From Promethearchaeota archaeon (GTDB taxonomy: Archaea; Asgardarchaeota; Thorarchaeia; Thorarchaeales; Thorarchaeaceae), in assembly GCA_027031765.1 (NCBI GenBank), contig JALVPN010000110.1:60990-92989 (forward strand): a stretch of DNA of 32,000 bases. The letters are read 5' to 3'. The position numbers and the translations under genes are program-made. Shown here piece by piece: positions 1 through 6,211 of the stretch (within the stretch, counting starts at the first letter, position 1; every line of letters starts with the position of its first letter). The notes under the pieces are model-generated. The model ran no database searches, had not been told where the DNA came from, and saw only the letters and a program-made list of their open reading frames with translations.

Positions 1-76
1 ACAGGAGCAGCTTGACAGGGCCGCTGTGGACATGTTCAGGACAAGGTTTCCGGAACGTGCTCGCATGTTCTTCTAA
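1..76 (+). CDS. 3' end of an unidentified CDS running in from the left edge
   Basis: Frame 2 is open from the edge: QEQLDRAAVDMFRTRFPERARMFF*, TAA at 74-76. It converges on the tRNA-Val 3' end. Product not identifiable. Confidence 0.4.
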   Translation, partial: QEQLDRAAVDMFRTRFPERARMFF

Positions 77-172
77 CCCACTCGCATGTCGTGTCATATA
101 TTACTATCCCGATTCCTGCGACCCCTGTCATGCTCCGGCACGCACACACTGTCCCAGAGTTTGAAGAAGAAG

Positions 173-280
173 TGGTGGGCCGCGCCGGATTTGTCGGCCA
201 AGCCCCCGTACTGGGATCCTGTGAACCGGCGACCACCGCACTGTCAATGCGGTATCATAGCCGGGCTAGACCAGCGGCCC
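173..280 (-). tRNA. tRNA-Val(GAC) with a 30-nt intron at 56/57 (intron 193-222)
   Basis: Minus strand reads GGGCCGC TG GTCT AGCCCGGCTA TGAT A CCGCA TT-GAC-AG TGCGG TGGTC GCCGG TTC[ACAGGATCCCAGTACGGGGGCTTGGCCGAC]AAAT CCGGC GCGGCCC A CCA. Removing the bracket gives a full cloverleaf with T-loop TTCAAAT and encoded CCA. Confidence 0.92.
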
Positions 281-306
281 GTCGTAGTCCCCTCCTCCTG
301 CGGGTG

Positions 307-316
307 ATTAAAAAGG
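307..316 (-). promoter_or_regulatory. TATA-box-like element for tRNA-Val(GAC)
   Basis: Minus strand CCTTTTTAAT, about 27-36 nt upstream of the tRNA 5' end at 280. Confidence 0.6.
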
Positions 317-458
317 TTGCGTCTTGGGGTCGGGTCAACTGACTTATGGTGATATGAAGGCAAGAACTGTTGGCCCTCCGATGTAACCGGGCCAGTGAAA
401 TACTTGTCCAAGCTGAACAATGATGACCCATAGAAATACAGGGTGAGGGGTCGGGGGC

Positions 459-1105
459 ATGGGACACTTCACACCTGGAGATAGAGCGTTCTGGTTGTTC
501 GTCGTAGTTGCCTTTGCATGGTCGTGGCTGTTCTGGACACCTCAGTTTCTATGGGACTTCTCTCCGTATGTCGCTCCGTTCGGCCCTTCTGTGGCTACTC
601 TCCTTCTCACATACAAGAAGGGCCGGATGGGACGAAGAATCTACTGCGAAGAGGTGCGGACTTTCGTTTCATTAAAGTCTGGCGTGTGCCAGTCCTTCTA
701 TTGATACCCATTGTGGGGTTCTCTCTCCTAGTGGCTGTTCCCAGTTGGAATCCGGCACCTGACATTGTAGTCCCGCCACAGTCATGGGTCTTCATACCGG
801 TATTCCTCTACATCCTCTTTCTCAGTGTGCCTGTAGCGGAGGAGTTTGGTTGGAGAGGATATGCCCTCGACAGGTTGCAGACAAGGTACAGTGCTCTTGT
901 ATACGGGTAGGAGCATACTATCTGTCCTCCTCCATACCAACCGGTAACCCAATACTTCATCTTCCCAATCGGCGGGACTGGCCTGAGCGGGCAATACTCG
1001 CTCATATTGAATGCAGTCGTTGTGCTGATTGTACTCACGATATGGGGGCCTAGAAGACTGCTCCGCACACAGAATGCCGAATCGGTTTCGTCTGACAGCG
1101 GATAG
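459..1105 (+). pseudogene. CPBP/CAAX (Abi) intramembrane metalloprotease pseudogene
   Basis: The N-terminal membrane part (459-~630) shifts frame into ...AEEFGWRGYALDRLQ (CPBP motif 1). It then jumps to (N)TGRSILSVLLHT..GN (motif 4) in another frame and ends ...VLIVLTIWGPRRLLR...* (TAG 1103-1105). Several frameshifts, and the central motif 2-3 region is missing. Confidence 0.8.
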
Positions 1106-1359
1106 GTGCAGGACTAGAAGCCCTCCCAAACCGTTTCGGTAACCCCCCCGGAGGAGTTATCACCAACAGTAGCGGGCGAGCAGGACTGGTGCTGGCGGTC
1201 CTCCTCTGTGCCCACAACAGCGTGTCCACTGCCTGTCGCGGCACACCATGCCCAAGTATCACTCTTTGGGGCTGACGAGTGGCAGACCGAGCTCTCATGG
1301 CCCTGACTTGTGGTGTACATCACCACCGGACAGGTGTTGGTAGGGCCAGCTGCTACGGG

Positions 1360-2571
1360 TCAGGTGTACAGGGACAGGCCTGCCCTCGCATGTCTGGTCA
1401 AAATCCGCCTTACGAGTTGTCTCTTCAGTCTCTCGTACGTGTCGAGCTCAGCTATCATCTTGTACATTATGTCGCGGATGTACTCGTCCTCATATGCGAG
1501 CCTGAGGACGGTCTCCATGTTCTTCTCGCTCTTGAACACCAGTTTCGCTATGCTCTTCCCGACCTTGAGGTCGTCCATGAAGCGTTTCTTCCAGCGCCCC
1601 TCGTATTCACGGAGCAGCTTGGGGTCTTTCTCCCTGACAGCCCGGTTCAACACGTCGGCTGCAATGATTCCAGACTCAATGGCCATCGGAATCCCCTCCC
1701 CGGAGAATGGGTTCACAAACCCTGCTGCATCGCCCACCAAGAGTGCCCGTCCGACTACAGTCCTTTCTGCAGCCCCCGAGTATGGGAGTCGTGCGGCTGA
1801 GTCAGACACGATTTCTGGCTCGATGTCGTGCTCTTCCACAAAGCTCTCTAGCCACTTGTTGAAGTGCTGACGGATGTTCTGTGCCCTGTCCTGTCGACAC
1901 CCGGCTCCTAGGCTCAGGACACTCCTCTTTGGGAAGCACCAGACGTAGCCATAGGGTACGGGGCCGAAGAAGATGTCTATACTCACTCCTTCCCTGTCGA
2001 ATGGGACGCCACAGATGCGTGTCACGGCGTCCGCCCCGACCTCCACTTCCACTTCTATGGCAACAGCAGCAGTGTCACGCTTCCACCCCTCATAGAACCC
2101 GAGAGACCGCGCCACAGTACTGTTGATGCCGTCAGCACCCACTACGAAGTCTGCTGTCACGGTCCGCCCGTCATCCAGTGCGACCGTGACCTTGTCACTG
2201 TCCTGTGCCACCCCAACAGCCCTCGTCCCGTCCCACAGCTCAGCGCCGGCCTCTCCGGCCTTCCTGAAGAGCAGGTGGTCGAACTCCTCCCGCATGACGA
2301 GGTCGCCTGAGATCTGCGGCCTGATACACTCCACCTTCAGCCCAGAGGGGGAGTAGAACCTCTGTCCATAGACGCGCCTGTGCACCACCTCGTCAATTGG
2401 GAAGTCCAGCAGTTCCCTCACTATGTTCCTTATGCCTCCGGCACATGGCTTGTCTCTCGGAAAACGGGCCTTGTCCATCAGAAGGGTCTGCATACCCTTC
2501 TGTGCACATCTCCGTGCTGTGGTTGAACCTGCCGGCCCTCCACCTACAACTATGACATCATAGTCGCTCAT
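1360..2571 (-). CDS. Geranylgeranyl reductase family FAD-dependent oxidoreductase
   Basis: YDVIVVGGGPAG dinucleotide fold, PRDKPCAGG and VGDAAGFVNPFSGEGI motifs. Likely ATG at 2571 (ORF track extends to 2625). Confidence 0.88.
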   Translation of the reverse strand: MSDYDVIVVGGGPAGSTTARRCAQKGMQTLLMDKARFPRDKPCAGGIRNIVRELLDFPIDEVVHRRVYGQRFYSPSGLKVECIRPQISGDLVMREEFDHLLFRKAGEAGAELWDGTRAVGVAQDSDKVTVALDDGRTVTADFVVGADGINSTVARSLGFYEGWKRDTAAVAIEVEVEVGADAVTRICGVPFDREGVSIDIFFGPVPYGYVWCFPKRSVLSLGAGCRQDRAQNIRQHFNKWLESFVEEHDIEPEIVSDSAARLPYSGAAERTVVGRALLVGDAAGFVNPFSGEGIPMAIESGIIAADVLNRAVREKDPKLLREYEGRWKKRFMDDLKVGKSIAKLVFKSEKNMETVLRLAYEDEYIRDIMYKMIAELDTYERLKRQLVRRILTRHARAGLSLYT

Positions 2572-2640
2572 TGTACTGGCACCACTGCACCCCGTGTGTT
2601 GTGCCGCCACTAATTTATTTTCCATTGTCCGGATGTGTGG

Positions 2641-3144
2641 TCAGCGGCCGGTGCTGCCAAACCCGCCGGCCCCCCTCTCAGACTCTGACAGAGTCTCTAC
2701 AAGTTCGAGTTCTACTCTGGGGACTGGTCTTACCGCAAGCTGGCCGACCCTCATCCCCCTCCTGACCCTGAACACTGTGTTCCCGTGGTTTATCAGGATG
2801 ACCTTGACCTCTCCCCTGTACCCACTGTCAATGGTACCGGGGCCGTTCAGGACGCTGATGCCCTCTTCCAGTGCGAGGCCGCTCCGTGCCCTGACCTGTC
2901 CCTCATACCCCTCGGGTATCTCAAGCGCGATACCTGTCCGCACTGCACGCCACTCGCCAGGTGGCAGGTCGCAGTCCTCTACCGCATACAGGTCAAATGC
3001 TGCGTCCCCATGTCTTGCAAGGGTGGGTACCTGTGCACCGGGCACCAACTTCTTCACACGCACTCTGACAGCGTCCACAGGGCCACTCTCCTCTTCCCGT
3101 GGGGTTGCCAGATGTATAGAACCCTGAGTATTATTCTCCCTCAT
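2641..3144 (-). CDS. dut: Trimeric dUTP diphosphatase
   Basis: AFDLYA, RSGLA, GTIDSGYRGEV and RGAGGFGSTG dUTPase motifs. Start uncertain (3168 or 3144). Confidence 0.92.
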   Translation of the reverse strand: MRENNTQGSIHLATPREEESGPVDAVRVRVKKLVPGAQVPTLARHGDAAFDLYAVEDCDLPPGEWRAVRTGIALEIPEGYEGQVRARSGLALEEGISVLNGPGTIDSGYRGEVKVILINHGNTVFRVRRGMRVGQLAVRPVPRVELELVETLSESERGAGGFGSTGR

Positions 3145-3291
3145 AGTGAATCCCTCTAGTGTGTACATTGCCAGTGCCCGTATTGTACCGTCAGGATTGC
3201 CCCCGGGTCTACAGTCACCATGGCGTCTGCACCAGTCATATAGGGCTGACCCGTCCGGTCATGTTGCCTACAATACGACGAGAAATAGAAG

Positions 3292-3397
3292 TGGTGCCGC
3301 GGGCCGGATTTTTCGGCCGGGAGTCGTGACGAGCCCCCGTGAACCGGCGACGACACGGTCTTCAGCCGTGCGATCTCCCTGACTGATCTACCGCGGC
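3292..3397 (-). tRNA. tRNA-Phe(GAA) with a 29-nt intron at 56/57 (intron 3312-3340)
   Basis: Minus strand reads GCCGCGG TA GATC AGTCAGGGA GATC G CACGG CT-GAA-GA CCGTG TCGTC GCCGG TTC[ACGGGGGCTCGTCACGACTCCCGGCCGAA]AAAT CCGGC CCGCGGC A CCA. Confidence 0.93.
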
Positions 3398-3422
3398 TCA
3401 CTCCACCGACAAACTATAGACG

Positions 3423-3430
3423 ATATAAAG
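3423..3430 (-). promoter_or_regulatory. TATA box for tRNA-Phe
   Basis: Minus strand CTTTATAT, 26-33 nt upstream of the tRNA 5' end at 3397. Confidence 0.65.
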
Positions 3431-3625
3431 CTAGCGCATACGTCGGTGTCACACATACCGATGCGACATGGGTCTGACCTGCACATCGTGTCTGTGGTGC
3501 TATGTGACAGACGTTGTCTGACCTGCTACTGGTGTCCATACAGAACCGCACTGTCCCCCACATGGCGGGAGGTGCACCATACCATACCTATACCATGTCC
3601 AGTGTTGGTGTGGACTGGCTGTCAT

Positions 3626-4144
3626 TCAGCGCAGTTTGTAGTTCGTATAGCTTGCGATGACTGCTGTCACTATTGCTGCAATGTTGGCTGCTAGGGGATA
3701 GATGAACAACGAGTCGAGAAAGGCAAGGGTGGCAAGCCACGACGGGAGGTTACTGATATCAGATATCCCGAAGGGGACAAAGTAGACCATCATGAACACT
3801 GCGGTCAACAGTGCAACGCCGACGAATGGTGGGAGGTCTTCTCGAGACCTTGCAAGAGCGGAGAGTCTGTCAATCCATGACATCTTGCTCTTCTGTCTTT
3901 TGCGTCGCTTCTTCCTTGATGCAATCTCTGCCCACCTGTACATTGCCTCAGCCATGAGGACATACGCTCCTGCCAGGACTGCCGTGACACCCAGTGACAC
4001 AATCAGTTGCAGCTCTACACTCAAGACCTGCACGTATACGGTGGCATGCCATATCAGGGGCACCTGCACCAGTGCTGCTATTCCTATGAATATCATGACA
4101 AGTCCTGGCTTCTCATCGCGTTTCCACCTGACTGGAGGGTTCAT
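3626..4144 (-). CDS. Hypothetical multi-pass membrane protein (about 4 TM segments)
   Basis: 172-aa ORF with four hydrophobic stretches separated by a highly basic loop (SRKKRRKRQKSK). No recognisable family motif. Confidence 0.7.
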   Translation of the reverse strand: MNPPVRWKRDEKPGLVMIFIGIAALVQVPLIWHATVYVQVLSVELQLIVSLGVTAVLAGAYVLMAEAMYRWAEIASRKKRRKRQKSKMSWIDRLSALARSREDLPPFVGVALLTAVFMMVYFVPFGISDISNLPSWLATLAFLDSLFIYPLAANIAAIVTAVIASYTNYKLR

Positions 4145-4224
4145 GTCATTTCACCTGGCTGTTGCCTCGTCCGGGTGGGCGGCGCCCACTTTAACCTTTT
4201 GGAGCACCAGGGCATGTTGAGTCA

Positions 4225-4845
4225 TCATCTCTTCACAGCCATCTGCTTCATGTGCTGTCCCCCCCGCACGGCCTCGACCTCAAACCAGTGACCATGGTCT
4301 TCCATCCGCACCACGTGGAAGTCACACTCTTCCAGTAGTGCAGCAGTCCTTGACATGTCCTGTCCCTGTCTACCATGCATCCCGTATCCGACCTGTGTAA
4401 TGGTGCCGTCAGGCAGAATGCCCCGCATCCTGAAGATGAACACATCCGTGTCGCAGTCAATCCTGCAGGCCTTCACCAAGAGGGCCCCACTACCAGTCAG
4501 CACCCTTGAGACCTCTCTCACCACGTGTCGCTTGACGTCCCATCCGGGCATGAACCCAAGCGAGAACCAAAATGTGGCAATGTCAAATGTGGCGTCCCGG
4601 AAACACAGGGACCTTGCATCTGCAACTACCCATGTGGCCTGTGTTTCGTGGATGCGGGCCTCTCGCACCTCGTCCATTCGGATGTCCACAGCACAGACCC
4701 TGTCCCCTTCGACCCTTGCCACTAGGCCCTCTCCTCCTCCCCCAATGTCAATGATCCGTCCCGGCCCGGTGACCCTGTTAAGGACGACTTCTTGGAGTGG
4801 AGTCCTGAACACCGTGGGACTGGGAGTGCTGTGTGATACGTCCAT
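4225..4845 (-). CDS. Class I SAM-dependent methyltransferase
   Basis: IIDIGGGGEG motif I, AVDI, VADARSLCFRDATFD and EVSRVLTGSG. Likely ATG at 4845 after GGGAG (ORF track starts at 4887). Confidence 0.8.
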   Translation of the reverse strand: MDVSHSTPSPTVFRTPLQEVVLNRVTGPGRIIDIGGGGEGLVARVEGDRVCAVDIRMDEVREARIHETQATWVVADARSLCFRDATFDIATFWFSLGFMPGWDVKRHVVREVSRVLTGSGALLVKACRIDCDTDVFIFRMRGILPDGTITQVGYGMHGRQGQDMSRTAALLEECDFHVVRMEDHGHWFEVEAVRGGQHMKQMAVKR

Positions 4846-4960
4846 GTGGTGCTCCCGCCGTCCGACCGATGATAACTCTGTCGCCACCTTTCACGTCTGG
4901 AGTGTCCATGGGGCCTGCACTAGCGGGTCAGGTCGGTCACAACAGCAGAGATAAGAAGAG

Positions 4961-5067
4961 TGGTGGACCGGGCGAGATTTGAACTCGCGACCTCCTCCAT
5001 GCCAAGGAGGCGATCTCTCCCGGCAGGCCCGGTATGCGGGCCCACAACCGGGCTGATCTACCGGCCC
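4961..5067 (-). tRNA. tRNA-Ala(GGC) with a 30-nt intron at 20/21 in the D-loop (intron 5017-5046)
   Basis: Minus strand reads GGGCCGG TA GATC AGCCCGGT[TGTGGGCCCGCATACCGGGCCTGCCGGGAG]A GATC G CCTCC TT-GGC-AT GGAGG AGGTC GCGAG TTCAAAT CTCGC CCGGTCC A CCA. The G3:U70 Ala identity pair is present. Confidence 0.93.
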
Positions 5068-5097
5068 ATACTGTATGTTCGCTCTGTGTGTCTGGTA

Positions 5098-5286
5098 CTA
5101 TCCACGCACTCGCATGCCATAAACCTTCTTGTGTGCCCAGTTGTAGCTCCGGAGTCGGCTCGAGGCACCAAAGCCGCAAGCAGCACATCTCTTGTGTCGG
5201 ACATGATAGGACCTCCTACCACATCTCCTACAACGTATGTGATGGGGGTTGTTCTTCTTGCCCCTTGCTGGTGTTCCCTTTCCCAT
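5098..5286 (-). CDS. rpl37e: 50S ribosomal protein L37e
   Basis: [35 protein letters not shown] zinc-ribbon signature. Confidence 0.96.
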   Translation of the reverse strand: MGKGTPARGKKNNPHHIRCRRCGRRSYHVRHKRCAACGFGASSRLRSYNWAHKKVYGMRVRG

Positions 5287-5292
5287 CTCGTT

Positions 5293-5550
5293 CTACTCCT
5301 TGCCACTCTGGGGGGATGGTGACACGATTACCACATTGTCGCCCCTGACAATGACCGTTGCAATTGCGGTCACGACTTCTTCTTCGGTCTCTGGGTCGAG
5401 AGCTATCTCGTCTGCGTCTTCCAGTATCAGGTTCAGGTGCTGGTCAAACCCACGGAGTCTTCCTCTTATCTTTCTCTTTCCCTTCAGCTCGACTAGGACC
5501 TGCGTTCCTATCGAGTGTTGGAGCAGCTCCATTGGCTTCCCTGCATTCAC
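5293..5550 (-). CDS. lsm: Sm-like (LSm/SmAP) protein
   Basis: VLVELKGKRKIRGRLRGFDQHLNLIL (Sm1) and IVRGDNVVIVSP (Sm2). Conserved position upstream of rpl37e. Likely GTG start at 5550. Confidence 0.93.
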   Translation of the reverse strand: MNAGKPMELLQHSIGTQVLVELKGKRKIRGRLRGFDQHLNLILEDADEIALDPETEEEVVTAIATVIVRGDNVVIVSPSPQSGKE

Positions 5551-5621
5551 TGAAGTCCACCAACGCGGAAGACACATCGAGAGAAGCAGCTCACGATGTT
5601 CGCGCTAACCTTATGGAACGG

Positions 5622-5630
5622 CTTAAAAAG
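5622..5630. promoter_or_regulatory. AT-rich TATA-like element between divergent lsm and PUA genes
   Basis: CTTAAAAAG on plus / CTTTTTAAG on minus, within GC-rich flanks. Confidence 0.35.
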
Positions 5631-5698
5631 CTGACGATGGACACTCGCGGTACCGGTGCCAGTCCCGACCGTGTGCCCGGCACCAAGACCGATGCGGC

Positions 5699-6211
5699 AT
5701 GATTGCTATGACGAAGACTATGCGTGTCCGACGACGCCACCTGCTCAAGAAACGGGACCGCAAGGCCCTGGTGGCTGAGCTGTCTGGTAGCCTCGGCCAG
5801 TCGCTCGAAACACTGTCTGGCCGTCCCGACCTTGAAGTTGGCCTGTTGGACGCTGGTGAGCGGGTTGTCCTGCTCGACGGCGAGGTCATGTTCTTTGAGG
5901 TGGGCGGTCGTCTGCTCCCGACAGTCCGTGCGATTCTCGGTGGTCTCGTCCAGCTCCCAAAGGTCACAGTCGACATGGGCGCAGTGCGTCACGTTGTCAA
6001 TGGTGCCGATGTGATGCGCCCCGGTGTCACAGAGATTGACGATGGCATCGCTGAGGGGACGGCAGTCGTGGTGGTCGACGAGCGACACAACAAACCGCTC
6101 GCAGTCGGTGTGGCACTGATGTCCTCTGAGGAGATGCGGCTTGCGTCTGGCGGCAAGGTCGTCAGCAACAAGCATCACATCGGAGACCCGCTCTGGGAGT
6201 TTGGGAAGTAA
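5699..6211 (+). CDS. PUA-domain RNA-binding protein (DUF1947/MCT-1/Tma20-like)
   Basis: LPKVTVDMGAVRHVVNGADVMRPGV...AVGVALMS...GKVVSNKHHIGD PUA pattern. The start may be a few codons downstream. Confidence 0.88.
   Translation: MIAMTKTMRVRRRHLLKKRDRKALVAELSGSLGQSLETLSGRPDLEVGLLDAGERVVLLDGEVMFFEVGGRLLPTVRAILGGLVQLPKVTVDMGAVRHVVNGADVMRPGVTEIDDGIAEGTAVVVVDERHNKPLAVGVALMSSEEMRLASGGKVVSNKHHIGDPLWEFGK

Noticed and set aside
36-467. Track ORFs 36-236, 86-307, 91-342 and 255-467
   Set aside because: They overlap the tRNA-Val(GAC) gene and its promoter and have no protein-like motifs.
908-910. TAG/TGA read-through (Pyl or Sec) in the CPBP gene or elsewhere
   Set aside because: The CPBP continuation after the TAG is in a different frame, so it is a deletion/frameshift. 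No other gene shows an in-frame stop within a conserved domain.
1106-1359. 250-nt spacer with a minus-strand hairpin (TAACTCC/GGGGTTA, 1140-1159) and GAGGAGGACC / ACCGAAA words loosely like RNase P CR-I/CR-II
   Set aside because: The matches to GAGGAAAGUCC and ACAGAAA are poor, and there is no CR-V. At most a terminator hairpin for the reductase.
173-5067. tRNA 3' ends as integrase att sites for the low-GC segments
   Set aside because: No duplicated tRNA 3' fragments and no integrase. The similarity between the Val and Phe loci is explained by two complete tRNA genes.
4937-5348. Track ORFs 4937-5188, 4960-5322, 5034-5348 and 5058-5306
   Set aside because: They overlap tRNA-Ala and rpl37e, which are better supported.
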